64,000 bases of DNA from Eledone cirrhosa (lineage: Eukaryota). The DNA lies in NCBI GenBank assembly GCA_964016885.1, contig OZ024740.1, forward strand, positions 5,704,001 to 5,768,000, read 5' to 3'. Below are positions 12,666 through 24,961 of the stretch, one piece after another. Every line of letters begins with the position of its first letter. Positions within the stretch are counted from its first letter, which is position 1. The position numbers were made by a program, and so were the translations under genes. The notes beneath the pieces are model-generated. The model did no database searches and was not told the origin of the DNA. It saw only the letters and a program-made list of their open reading frames with translations.

Positions 12666-13282
12666 TTACGTAAAATAACTTTATGTCTTGTTCAGTGAAA
12701 TATAACTGGCAGCTGCTAGTTAAAATTGATATAATGACAAAGAAGTTTGCTTGCTTTTCAATGAAAGTGTTTTGTGGCAGCCAATTCTCTTTGGCATATC
12801 TTGTCACAAGACACTTAGAGAATTTATTCCTCATCTCTGGATTAATGTAGCAAAAATTGGATTTAAGTCAAGAATAAAAGAAGCAGTTTCATTGCAGCAA
12901 CACAGGACAGCTGAAATATATTTTTGTGTTGTTATTTTATGTTCTTCCTTCTCACCATGTGAACTAAATTAATGCCATTGGCAAGTGAAGAATCTTGCTA
13001 AATTTTCTGTATCAGAAGATATTTTCATCATTAAAACACTGTAGATCATTACTTTCTGTCCTCTTGCTATCATATTGTGAATCACTCTTACAACAATATC
13101 AGATTGTCTTTGTAACTATATGCCCTTCGTTACAGCTTCATTAAGTAGATCTATGCCATAACAACACTGTGGAAGCCCCCCCCCCCCATATATATATACA
13201 TACATACACATATAATTTGTATATATACACATATATATATTTGTTTATAATATATATATATATATATACATATACATACATT

Positions 13283-13377
<95 letters not shown>

Positions 13378-13774
13378 TGTCTAACCCATGGTAGCATGGA
13401 AAAATGACGTTAAATGGTGATGGTGATGATGATATATATCTATTTATGAGAAAGTTAGAAGCTTCATCACTAAATAAATGGACATATAAAATAAAAACTC
13501 CCAAAACAACAAATCCCACTTAACGGAAAAAATGGACATTAGCATCTGCAGGACCTGACCCTACAACTTCATGCTTGCTACCATTACACTAAAGTGCCCA
13601 GGCAAAATGGTGAATCTCCCAGTAGAGATGACAAAAGGAGGATTGCAGTTAGTGGATGTAGGTTATACTGGAAAAAACCCATCTAATCCATGAAAGCATA
13701 GAAAATCGAATGTAAAATACTGATGATGATGATGGTGATATCTAGCTATCTATATATATATATATATATATATA

Positions 13775-15498
13775 TCATAATCATCATCATCAACATCATC
13801 ATCATTTTATGTCTGCTTTTCCCTGCTTGCAAGGGTGGGACGGGTCTTATTCAGTACAGCATCTCTCCACTTGTCACGGTCCTTCGTCATCTCCACTGTG
13901 AGCTTCAACGATCTGAGGTCTGTTCTCACCACCTCCTGCCATGTTTTTCGTGGTCTACCTCTACCATGTCTTCCTTCAACTGACATTTCCCGGCACTTCT
14001 TCACCCATCGGTCATCCGCCATGCGCATCACATGTCCATACCACCTCAGTCTCCTCTCTCGAACACTACATTCTATCCCTCTCAGACACAGTTTCTCTCT
14101 GAGTCGTTCACGCACATTGACATTGCACATCCAACGGAGCATGCTTGCCTCATTTCTCTCCAGCCGTCGCATATCCTCTGCAGTTGCTGCCCATGTCTCA
14201 CTACCATGCAGCATCGCGCTCCTCATACAGGCATCATATAACTGGCCTTTCGTACGCAGGGAGAAACCTTTCTTCGTCAGCAGAGGAAGCAGCTTCCTAA
14301 ACTTCTTTCAGCTCATCCTTATTCTAGATACTATGGCCTCGGAACACTACCCTCCCATGCTAATCTGATCTCCTAGGTACCGGAAGCTATCCACCACTTC
14401 TATAGCACCCGCCTGCATTTGAAAAATGTGTCTATCAATGCGACTTCTACTGTCTAATTTCCCTGTACATCTACTGCATACGTATTTCTCTCTACCTGTT
14501 AGTTTGCCTGCTATACCACTACATCTCTTCTGTACCCAGGATCCGCATTGAGTGCATTTTATAGAATTTATGCCAGTTCCTTTTCTGCATATCGAACATG
14601 GCCATTTCACTGTCGGAATCAGAGTTTTATCCTCTTTTCTACTCATCAACACTTTTGTCTTAGCTAGGTTCACTCTCAGTCCTCTTGCTTCCAACTGCTG
14701 TTGCCATAGCCAGAATTTATTCTCTAGCTCCTCTACTGATTCTGCTATAAGAACCAGATCGTCAGCATAGAGAAGTTCCCATGGACAGCCAGTCTTAAAC
14801 ACCTCTGTTATGGCTTGGAGAATTATAAGGAACAAGAGCGGCCTGAGGACCGAACCTTGATGTACTCCTACTTGTATCTGGAATTCCTCACTAAACTCCA
14901 TTCCTACCCTGGCTTTACTGAGAGTACCTCTGTACAAAGTTTGCATTGTCTTCACAAGCCATTCCTCTACACCTAGTTTCCTTAGGGACCACCAGATGAC
15001 AGATCGGGGTATCCTATCAAAGGCCTTCTCTAGGTCAACAAAAGCTAAGTATAGTGGCTTATTCTTCTCTAAGAACCTCTCTTGTAATTGTCTCACCAAG
15101 AAGAGGGCATCTGTTGTACTTTTCCCATGCACAAAACCAAACTGCATCTCATCTAATTTGAACCTTTCTCTAATTAGTTGTGCTAATACCCTTTCTGCCA
15201 TTTTATAACCTGATCCATCAGTTTTATAACCCTATAATTGCTCCTCGCCAGAGCATCCCCTTTACCTTTGTAGCAATTTATGAGAATACTGCTGCACCAG
15301 TCTTTGGGTATGACACCACCATATATAGCTTAATTAATGATGCATGCAACCAGTTTAATGCCTACGTCCCCTGATGCCTTCAGCATCTCAGCAACTATTC
15401 CCGATGGTCCAGCAACCTTAACATTTTTCATTTCCTTAATCGCCTCTTGAACCCTATATTCGTCAATCTCAATAGCTGGTCCCTCTGTCGGATCTACT
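13775..15498 (-). mobile_element. 5-prime-truncated decayed RTE LINE (RT, Cys/His finger, C-terminus, GAT tail)
   Basis: ORFs 14347-15201 (FVDLEKAFD, GVHQGSVL, LLYADDLVL) and 13807-14226 (RRLRWYGHVMRM, GRPRKTW) joined by a frameshift; (cat)n tail at the left end. Confidence 0.93.
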
Positions 15499-18110
15499 CT
15501 GTGAGCTTCAGCGATCTGAGGTTAGCTCTCACCATCTCTGCCCATATCTTCCATGGTCTTCCTCTACTGTGTCTTCCTTCCACCAGGATTTCTTGGCACT
15601 TTTTCACCTAGCAGTCATCTTCCATGCACATCACATGTCCATACTAATGCAGCCTTCTCCCCGCACACTACAGCCTATTCCTCTTATACACAGTTTCTCT
15701 CTCAAGTCATCCATGCCTGGTCGTTCACATACACTCACATTGTACATCCATCGGAGCATGCTTGCTTTATTTCTTTCCAACCTTTGCATATCCTCCTCAG
15801 TTGCTGCCCATGTCTCACTACCATGCAGCATCACGCATCTCACACAGACATCATACAACCGACCTTTCGTTCATAGGAAGAAACCTTTCATTGTCAATAG
15901 AAGAAGCAGCTCGCTAAACTTATTCTAGATACTGTGGCCTCGGAGCACCCTCCTCCCTTGCTAATTTGATCACCTAGGTATGTATCGGAAGCTATCAACC
16001 ACCTCTATAGATTCTACCTGCATTTGAAAAATGTGCCTATCACTGACACTCCTACTATCAATTTTCCCTGAACATCTACTACATATGAAGTTTTCCCTAC
16101 CGACTAGGTTGCCTGTTATCCCACTACACCTCTTGTGTACCCAAGATCTGCATTGTGCACATTCTATAGAGTTTATGCCAACTCCTTTTCTACATATCAA
16201 ACATGGCCATTTCCCTGATGGAATCAGAGTTTTGTCCTCTTTCCTACTTATCAACACTTTTGTCTCTGCTAAGTTCCCTCTCAGTCCTCTTCATTCTAAT
16301 TGCTGTTTCCATAGCCAGAATTTATTCTCTAGCTCGTCTACTGATTCTGTTATAAGTACCAGATCGTCAGCATACAGTTGTACTTTTTCCAAGCACAAAA
16401 CCAAACTGCATCTCATCTAATTTGATTCTTTTTCAAATTAGTTCTGCTAGCACTCTTTCTGTCACTTTCATAACCTGATCCATCAGTTTTATGCCCCTAT
16501 AATTGCTCCTCTCTAGAGCATCCCCTTTACCTTTGTAGCAAAATATAAGTATACTGCTGTACCAGTCTTTGGGTATGACTCTGCCATATATAGCTTGATT
16601 GACGATGAATGCAACCAGTTTAGTTCCTACTTCTCCTGATGCCTTCAGCATCTCAGCAACTATCCCTGACAGTCCAGCGGACTTACCATTCTTCATTTCC
16701 TTAATTGCCTTGTTGACCCTATAGTTGTCAACATCAATAGCTGGTCCTCTGTTGGGCCTCTTGGGGGTAGTTTCTTTCTCTCTCATTCATTCTCAACATT
16801 CATCAGTCTCTCATAATGACATTTCCAGGCCCCCCTTTTCTGAGCACCAGTGACACTAAGTACACCCATATCATTTCAGACACACTTATCTCCAACAACA
16901 TCCTGATTTGCACTGACACACTGCCTTGCAATGCGGAACACCTTACGTCCCTGATCCTCTCATCGCAAAACATTAGCAAACCTCCTACTCTCAGCTTCCC
17001 TGCATGCTAAGCATACCTGATGTCTATCTTCTCTTTTAGCAGCTGAGTATCGGTCTCTATTCCCTCCATTTTTCAAATCCTTCCGTGCTAGTCTTTTATC
17101 TTTAATGGCTCTATTTACCAGGCTGTTCACCACCAAGTCATCCTCTGTCTGGTCGGAGCTCTGCTCCAGCCACAAGCCTCTTCAGTTGCCTGTAGTAAGT
17201 TGTCTCATCAGAACTTCCAGTTATTATCTATGACATACAATTCTAATTCATCTTCTTTCTCATCATACATATCTTGAAGGGCTTTCCTAAATTGATATTT
17301 AAGTGAAAGGTCTTTTAGCTTCCAGACCTTCCTTTTCCACACCTTCCTGTATGTCTCATTTTGCCTCTTGCTTATTGAGATGTCACTAACGACTAACCTA
17401 TGCTGGGGGTACATTCTTCCCCAGGGTATGCCTTAGTATTTGACACCATCTGTCTGTCTCATTGCCTAACTAGCAAGAAGTCAATCAGGGTTATGTGCTT
17501 GCCTGATTGGTAGGTTATTAGGTGGTTCGTAGGTTTCCTGAAGTTAGTGTTGCAAATGGTTAGTTTACTTGCATCACAAAATTCAAGAAACCTCACTCCT
17601 TCGTTTCTTGTACCATAACCATGACCACCATGTACCCCAGTGTATCCATTGTGGAGCTGTCCAACATGACCATTGAAGTCTATTATAACTAGGGCTCTGT
17701 CCTCTGTCACTATGGTTGTCTCTAGAATTTGCTTGTAAAAGCAGTCCTTCTCTTCTTTACCTAGGCCTGCTTGGAGAGCATAGGCCAAGATAATTGTCAG
17801 CAATCTCTTGCCCACAAGTAATCTAATCTTAATTATTCTGTTACTGACACTAACTACCTCTATTGTCTTATTGATCCACTTCTCAGCTAGTAAAATGTCT
17901 ACCCCGCCTAACCCATCATCGTTTCCTACCCAGAAAAGCTTATATCTAAGCTGTTTGCCTACGATTAGTCTTGCTGAGGCACTCCTCCATCTTATCTCTT
18001 GCATGCAGCACACCTCCACATGTCTTCTCTCCAGCATCTCCACTTTCTCACCAGATCTACTTGTCAGGGTGTCAACATTAAGTGTGGCAACTTTGAGATG
18101 TGTCGTCTTT
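15499..18110 (-). mobile_element. Older decayed RTE LINE with APE endonuclease and an internal RT deletion
   Basis: ORF fragments 17459-18043 (CMQEIRW, DFNGHVG, IDFLLVR), 16433-16786 (NYRGIKLM), 15970-16257 and 15631-15858; many stops and frameshifts. Confidence 0.9.
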
Positions 18111-18231
18111 CATTGATTCTTTCTTTTTCTCTGCAAAGAAAAATATTTAAAATATATCCTAACTTGCAGTTTCCACTTACCAAATTCCATTCCCAAATCA
18201 TTAGTTAACCAAAAGCTATAGTAGAAGATAT

Positions 18232-18356
18232 AGGTGGTGAACTGGCAGAGCTGTTAGAACGTTGGATAGAATGCTTTGTCTCTCAGAGCTGAGGTTTGCC
18301 TTTCATCCATTCAAAGTCAATAAAAAAGTACCAGTCTAATACTGGGGTTGATTTTT
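18232..18356 (+). mobile_element. Degenerate SINE remnant
   Basis: A-box-like ggtgaactggcagag followed by gcctttcatccattc...taccagt...ctggggttgat, a SINE-body-like motif recalled from memory. Confidence 0.4.
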
Positions 18357-18637
18357 CCTCTTTATCACTTTCTCCCTTCCTTTCTCTCAGTATCTATCCT
18401 TCTCAGGAAAAGATCAGCTGTATGTCAATATGGCACCCCTATGACTCCCTCGGGTGTTATGGGACCATACACAGTAAAAGTTGTACAATAGGATCAAACC
18501 CAGAAGTACACAACTACAGAAATAGATATGTTTACCACAGAGCCCAGCCTGCTCCAGTATTTCACTTGTTTCCATCTCCTCCTCTCTCTACTTTTAATGT
18601 AACAAAATATTCTATGAAATAATTATAACAGCAATTT

Positions 18638-18905
18638 ATTGTTGTTGTTGGTGGTTGTGTCATTGTTGTTGTTATGGATGATGGTGGTGTTGTTGTTATT
18701 GTTGTTGTCATTGTTGTTGGTGTCACTGTTGTTGTTGTTGATGTTTCTGTTGATATTGATGCAGTTTTTGTTATGATTTCTTTTGTTGATATTGCTGTTA
18801 ACATTGTTGTTGTTGTTGTTGCTGATGGCATAGTTGTTGATATTGATGTAGCTTTTGATGTTATTGATTTTGTTGATATTGGTGTTGTTGTTACTGTTGT
18901 TGTTT
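18638..18905. repeat. Degenerate (GTT/GAT)n triplet repeat
   Basis: Direct reading; explains the poly-V and poly-T ORFs. Confidence 0.9.
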
Positions 18906-19011
18906 AGCCTTGTTATAGCTCTCTTTCACCAGATTGATGACATGTGATTGGCACAATTAACCCATTGCTATACTATCTGTATTCTGGGACATACTACATA
19001 CTTAAGGCTTG

Positions 19012-19100
<89 letters not shown>

Positions 19101-19221
19101 AGGTGAGTTTTATTGTAGTACAATAAAGCAATACAGATATCGGATAAGAAGCACTCTACAGTTTGTAGGACTGGAGTATACATAATATAAGATCAAAAGA
19201 TGGTTAAAGGAGTTCCATGTA

Positions 19222-19288
19222 TTTTATTATGCGCATTTCAAAAACAAACATCATCATGCAATAATATTTGTGTTTTCATCAGATAAAA
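19222..19288 (-). ncRNA. Type I hammerhead ribozyme (mirror copy of 19409-19475)
   Basis: Exact reverse complement of the plus-strand motif. Confidence 0.8.
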
Positions 19289-19408
19289 CAGGAGAACATG
19301 ATATGAAGGCTAAAAAACACTTGTGGATAGTGCAGTTTTAAATCAACATTTTGATTTAAAACTGCACTATCCACAAGTGTTTTTTAGCCTTCATATCATG
19401 TTCTCCTG

Positions 19409-19475
19409 TTTTATCTGATGAAAACACAAATATTATTGCATGATGATGTTTGTTTTTGAAATGCGCATAATAAAA
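19409..19475 (+). ncRNA. Type I hammerhead ribozyme, long stem II, AUA cleavage site
   Basis: ttttat CTGATGA [aaacacaaata...tgtttgttttt] GAAA T gcgc ATA | ataaaa; stem I ttttat/ataaaa, palindromic stem III atgcgcat. Confidence 0.8.
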
Positions 19476-19513
19476 TACATGGAACTCCTTTAACCATCTT
19501 TTGATCTTATATT

Positions 19514-22500
19514 CATCATCACCGTTTTACGTCCGTTCTTCCACGCTAGCATGGGTTAGACGGGTTGTCCTGTTGTGGGCAGTGTCTGGTCGGCTGACCA
19601 TGCCTTGCTCATACAGGAACTGATCTGGCTTGATTTCTACAGCTGGATGCCCTTCCTAACACCAACCTCATTTACAGTGAGTGCTGGGTGCTTTTTCGTG
19701 GCGCCTACACGTCCACTTTACAGTGTGGGCTGGGTGCTTTTTTGCCGTGGCACCTCCACGGCCACCTTGCGGTGGGGGGGGGGGGGGGGGGGCATATTTT
19801 TTATATGCTTCAGCATGTACCCATGGGAGGTCGGGTACCCTGTATTACTGCGTGACGCCAGAAGTCACGGTCGTGTGTCATTGACTTTGAGAGGTGTAGT
19901 TGGGTAAGGTCGGCTTTTATCACCTCATCCCAAGTCATCTTGGGTCTCCCCACTCCGCAGTTTCCATAAACTTCTAGTGCTCTGCACCTTTTTATGCAGC
20001 TGTCATCCTTCATACGCATCACATGTCCATACCAGCGTAACCGCCTCTCCTGCACGCAGCATTTGATTCCTCTTATGCTCAGTCTCTCTCTCAATTCCTT
20101 TATGCTTTGTCGTTCACGTATATTACTGTTACACATCCATCGGAGCATGCAGGCTTCGTTTCTCTCTAATCTACGTAAGTCTTCCACCTTCAGCGCCCAG
20201 GTCTCACTACCATGCAACATCGCTGTTCGGATACACGCATCATACAGTCTGCCTTTCATTCTGAGGGAGAAGCCTTTTGCAGCTAGCAGTGGTAGTAGTT
20301 CCCTAAACTTCTTCCATCCCGTTCTTACCCTAGTTATTGTACTTTCTGAGCGCCCACCTCCGTTGCTAATTCGGTCACCTAGGTAGCAGAAGCTGTCTAC
20401 TGTTTCTACAGGGCCCTCCCAGAGATTGGTGGTACTTGTTTCCTGTGGCTGTTTGCTTGCTGTTTCAGCACAGCTGCTGCATGTGAATCCTACATTCTTA
20501 ATTAAGCTTCCTGAGATGCCGCTACATCTCTTGTGTACCCATTGTTTGCATTTGGGGCAGAGAATGGAGTTCCTACCTACACCTTTCCTACATACTGAGC
20601 AAGGCCATTTCCCTGAGGGGATCTGGGTTCTGTTTTCTCGTCTACTTACAAGGACCTTAGTCTTTGTCATGTTGACTTTGAGGCCCTTTCTCTCTAGTCC
20701 CTGCTTCCAGGTTTGGAATTTATTCTCTAGTTCTACCATAGATTCAGCTATGAGTGCGAGGTCATCAGCATACAGGAGTTCCCATGGGCATCCGGTCTTA
20801 AACTCCTCCGTTATTGCCTGCAAGACTATGATGAACAGGAGAGGGCTAAGAACAGAGCCCTGGTGGACCCCAACCTGTACGCTAAATTCCTCGCTATACT
20901 CATTGCCAATCCTAACTTTGCTGACTGCTCCCCTATACATGGCTTGTACCGCTTTCACAAGCCATTCATCTACTCCTAGTTTTCTAAGAGCCCACCAGAT
21001 TACTGCACGTGGAACTCTGTCAAAGGCTTTCTCAAGGTCGACAAATGCCAAGTAGAGTGGCTTACTTTTAGCTAGGTACTTTTCCTGTAATTGCCTCACA
21101 AGGAAGAGGGCATCAGTGGTGCCTTTCCCTGGTACAAACCCAAATTGCATCTCGTCTATATTCACCCGGTCCCTAATCAGCTGTGCTATAACTCTTTCTG
21201 TTACTTTCATGACCTGGTCCATCAACTTTATACCTCTATAGTTTCCTCTATCTAGTGCATCGCCTTTACCTTTGTAGCAGTTGACAATGATGCTACTGCA
21301 CCAATCTTTTGGTATGGCCCCCTCTAGTATTACCTGGTTAACGATACGTGTGGTTATAGTGTGACCTACAGACCCAGATGCCTTCAGCATCTCGGCAGCT
21401 ATACCCGATGGACCGGTTGCCTTCCCTATCTTCATATCTCTGATTGCCTTACTTACTACGCTGCCGCTGACTTGTACTGCTGGTCCCTCTATAGGGTCTA
21501 CGTGGGGTAGGGTCTCTTCTTCCCATGCATTCTCCTCATTTAGTAATCTATCATAATGACTCTTCCATGCATCTTTCTTCTCAGCACTTGTGAGGGCAAG
21601 CTCACCTTTATCATTCCGGATACACTTCTCTCCAATGACATCACAACTATCTCTGACACACTGCCTCGCAATCTTGAATACCTCCTGTTTCTGGTCCTCA
21701 CGTTGTAAAACATGCTTGAATTTTCTATCCTCTGCTTCCCTCCTAGCTAAGTATACTTGTCGCCTAGCTTCCCTCTTGGTCTCTATGTAATGTACCCTGC
21801 TCCCCCCGTTCTTCCATTCTTTCCATGCCTGTCTCTTGGCCTTGACTGCTTCATCTACCTTATTGTTCCACCACCAAGTCACTCTCCTCCTGCTTGAGGT
21901 CTTACTCCAGCCACAAACCTCATCCGTCGCCTCTAGTAAGTTATTTTTTAGGAACTCCCAGTTCTCTTCTACGTTAAATGTCTCTATCTGTTCTTCTTTA
22001 CTGTCGTAGGCGTTGAGTAAAATATCTTTAAATCTGTTACTGGTTGAGGGGACTTTCAGCTTCCAGATCTTTCTTCTCCAGGTTGGCCTCTGTTTCAGGG
22101 CTCGTCTAGTTCTGACCGTGAGGTCGCTGACAACTAAGCTATGTTGGGATGTACATTCCTCACTAGGGAAGGCTTTTGTGTTTACGACCGTCCATCTGTC
22201 ACGTCCTCTGATGAGGATAAAATCTAACTGACTAGAGTGCTCCCCTGATCTATAGGTGATCAGGTGGTTGTCGGGTTTTTTAAAGTTTGTGTTACATATC
22301 GACATGTCATTGGCGTCGCAGAATTCTAGAAGTCTGAATCCTTCCTCATTCCTTGTGCCAACTCCATGGCCTCCATGTACTCTATTGAAGCCGTCGCAGT
22401 GTTTACCTACGTGTCCGTTAAAATCTCCTGCAATGATTAGGAAGTCCTTGTCGTCTGTTAGAGCAGTAGTGTGTATTAGGGACTCGTAAAACCTATCCTT

Positions 22501-23375
22501 AAGTTCGTCTGGCAGCCCCGATTGGGGTGCGTAAGCTGATATTATTGTGGTAATTGTCTTATTCAGGACTAGTCTGAGTTTAATGATTCTTGCATTTACC
22601 CTGTACACTGAGATTACTTTATCTACCCACTTGTCAGCTAATAGTATACCTACACCACCCATCCCATCGTCATTTCCCACCCAGAAAAATTTGTAGCACT
22701 GGCTTTTTCCTACAAGGACTCTAGCAGACCCTCCTCTCCATCTAGTCTCTTGCACACAGCATACATCAACTTCCTTTCGCTCTAGCATTTCTACGATTTC
22801 TCCTGCTCTTCCTTTCATTGAGCCTACATTGATGGTACCAACTCGGAGTTTTGGGCATTTGTCGACACTCGTAGGGGAGGGTCTCTGGGTTGGCGCTTCA
22901 CGTGGGTGCTTGGTAGCTCGCAGATTCATATTTCATCTATTGATTCAGAGTTGCTCGTGTATTCCCAGCTCATCCATCCATAACGGTGGGAAAATTGAGG
23001 GCTAGAAGAACAGTGGTGGTGGGGTAATGGCAGGGTGTGTTGGGATGCGCCAGAGGAGGAGAGAGTTAGTTAGGCAGGTAGTAGCAGCAGCAGTGGAAAT
23101 GGCATGCTAGGTTTGATTGGTCGAATAGACTATGGTGGTGTGTGGGGGTGGGGGGGGGAGGGAAATTGTAAGGTAGGAACTGAGGGTCGCATGGTAAATA
23201 ACTGAGAGAGATACAATAGGATTAGAATACCGCATGGTAAATATCCAAGTTAATAAGTTAATACTACATCAGTAAAATTAACAATAATAACGTCATGAAA
23301 AAAACTACTAAGAGAAACCCTAGAAAATTTATCGCTAATACAGCAGGGAAAATTTAACGCTAATACAGCAGGGAA
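19514..23375 (-). mobile_element. Apparently full-length young RTE-clade LINE
   Basis: (GAT)n tail at 19514, ~290-bp 3-prime UTR, single intact ORF and ~450-bp 5-prime UTR with a short tandem duplication near 23325-23375; the 5-prime boundary is approximate. Confidence 0.9.
19810..22929 (-). CDS. RTE LINE polyprotein: APE endonuclease, reverse transcriptase and PHD-like C4HC3 finger, 1039 aa, intact
   Basis: GTINVGSM, VQETRW, SAYAPQ, GDFNGHVG, LDFIL; NYRGIKL, QFGF, FVDLEKAFD, GVHQGSVLSP, LLYADDL; CSVC-CPKC-HKRC-CSSC; RLRWYGHV. Confidence 0.97.
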   Translation of the reverse strand: MNLRATKHPREAPTQRPSPTSVDKCPKLRVGTINVGSMKGRAGEIVEMLERKEVDVCCVQETRWRGGSARVLVGKSQCYKFFWVGNDDGMGGVGILLADKWVDKVISVYRVNARIIKLRLVLNKTITTIISAYAPQSGLPDELKDRFYESLIHTTALTDDKDFLIIAGDFNGHVGKHCDGFNRVHGGHGVGTRNEEGFRLLEFCDANDMSICNTNFKKPDNHLITYRSGEHSSQLDFILIRGRDRWTVVNTKAFPSEECTSQHSLVVSDLTVRTRRALKQRPTWRRKIWKLKVPSTSNRFKDILLNAYDSKEEQIETFNVEENWEFLKNNLLEATDEVCGWSKTSSRRRVTWWWNNKVDEAVKAKRQAWKEWKNGGSRVHYIETKREARRQVYLARREAEDRKFKHVLQREDQKQEVFKIARQCVRDSCDVIGEKCIRNDKGELALTSAEKKDAWKSHYDRLLNEENAWEEETLPHVDPIEGPAVQVSGSVVSKAIRDMKIGKATGPSGIAAEMLKASGSVGHTITTRIVNQVILEGAIPKDWCSSIIVNCYKGKGDALDRGNYRGIKLMDQVMKVTERVIAQLIRDRVNIDEMQFGFVPGKGTTDALFLVRQLQEKYLAKSKPLYLAFVDLEKAFDRVPRAVIWWALRKLGVDEWLVKAVQAMYRGAVSKVRIGNEYSEEFSVQVGVHQGSVLSPLLFIIVLQAITEEFKTGCPWELLYADDLALIAESMVELENKFQTWKQGLERKGLKVNMTKTKVLVSRRENRTQIPSGKWPCSVCRKGVGRNSILCPKCKQWVHKRCSGISGSLIKNVGFTCSSCAETASKQPQETSTTNLWEGPVETVDSFCYLGDRISNGGGRSESTITRVRTGWKKFRELLPLLAAKGFSLRMKGRLYDACIRTAMLHGSETWALKVEDLRRLERNEACMLRWMCNSNIRERQSIKELRERLSIRGIKCCVQERRLRWYGHVMRMKDDSCIKRCRALEVYGNCGVGRPKMTWDEVIKADLTQLHLSKSMTHDRDFWRHAVIQGTRPPMGTC

Positions 23376-23580
23376 CATCATAATATTAACGACAATATGT
23401 AGGCTAAAATACCTTCGTAGATTAGATGGATGGCTGGAATAATTGGAATCAGCTCTAGTGATACATTTTAGCAGAGAAGAATGGGAAAGTATCTTATCTC
23501 TTCAATATTTTCAGATTGAATGAATTAGGTTAAAGACAGGGTAGTAAGCCTTAAAGAAGTGCATAGAGAGGGGGGGTGGG

Positions 23581-23660
<80 letters not shown>

Positions 23661-23850
23661 TGTGTGTGTGTGTATGTATGTATTTATGTATGTATGTATA
23701 TATATATATATAAGTTAAAAACAAAAAAAGGAAAACAATGACGAAGAGTGCAGTACAAAGAGTGTTAGTATTAGGTTCACGCTTGAGAGTGGAATGTACA
23801 TATATAGATATACAGATATAAATATATATACACATATATATATATTTATA

Positions 23851-23907
<57 letters not shown>

Positions 23908-24160
23908 TGTGTATGTGTGTGAGTGTGTGTGTGTGCGTGTGTGAGTGTGTGTGTGTATTCTCATTACACAGAAATGAAGAGATTTTTCAACTTTTAATCT
24001 TTTTATAAACATTTTTTAATATAATATTTGATAAGATGGATTTACTCATCGGAACTAGTAATACCCCCCCCCCCCCTTTAAAAAACACTTACTCTGCCGG
24101 ATAAAAGAAAAAAGAATGCTTTAAATATACTTCCGTGCTCTTTCCACTTTTACTTTTTAA

Positions 24161-24234
<74 letters not shown>

Positions 24235-24238
<4 letters not shown>

Positions 24239-24865
24239 GAATGAAGTTAATATGTCCAAGGATACTAAGTACCCCTAGAAATACATAGGTTGTCTATGAT
24301 TTAAGGTTGTTCAATGGTATTAATTTGATATACCAGAACTTTAATATTAAGATAAGCAGAACAAGCAAAATTCAACCAATTTTTTTAAAAATAAATAAAA
24401 AAATATAATATAAATATTTACCTCTTCTAATGGCCCTTACTGATCAGTTTCGCTTTGTAAAACCCCAGAAATCCGATGGATATCTGATGGAAAACCAAAG
24501 CTTATCAGAGAAGCATTTTCCTTTCCTAGGGCTAAAAGACCCAGGAACGATAAAATATATGACCTCCTGCCAGCTAACACAGGTCTGAAAGGTCGTAAAA
24601 GTGACCCGTATGTAAACCGGTCTGAAGTAAAAGCGGGAAACCACAGACTTGCTGTCTATAATTACTACTAAAAAAATAGCAGCTAAATAGAACAACAGAT
24701 TTGTTCTCTACATAACGGAGTATAATGAATGAAGTTAATATATCCAAGGATACTAAGTACCCCTAGACATACATAGGTTGTCTATGATTTAATATAAAGA
24801 TCTGGTATATCAAATTAATACCATTGAACAACCTTAAATCATAGACAACCTATGTTCTGCTTATC

Positions 24866-24870
<5 letters not shown>
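24235..24870 (-). mobile_element. Penelope-pLTR-like remnant with direct and inverted duplication and a mutated hammerhead
   Basis: 24235-24303 is repeated directly at ~24724-24792; ~24285-24362 is repeated inverted in pieces at ~24800-24870; flanked by (TA)n. Confidence 0.6.
24434..24512 (-). ncRNA. Hammerhead-like motif with core mutation (CUGAUAA), probably inactive
   Basis: ttct CTGATAA gctttg...caaagc GAAAC tgatca GTA | aggg; palindromic stem III actgatcagt. Confidence 0.55.
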
Positions 24871-24900
<30 letters not shown>

Positions 24901-24961
24901 TCATCATCATCATCATCATCTTCGTTTAACGTCCATTTTCCACGCTGCCATGGATTAGACT

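Larger units (their letters stand above)
19184..19513. repeat. Near-perfect 330-bp palindrome with one hammerhead ribozyme per arm
   Basis: Arms are reverse complements about 19348.5, with a 4-nt centre (catt). Confidence 0.95.

Noticed and set aside
12670-12910. Minus-strand exon candidate (ORF 12586-12834)
   Set aside because: All frames from the best acceptor contain stops, the donor coincides with an inverted-repeat boundary, and no homology was recognised.
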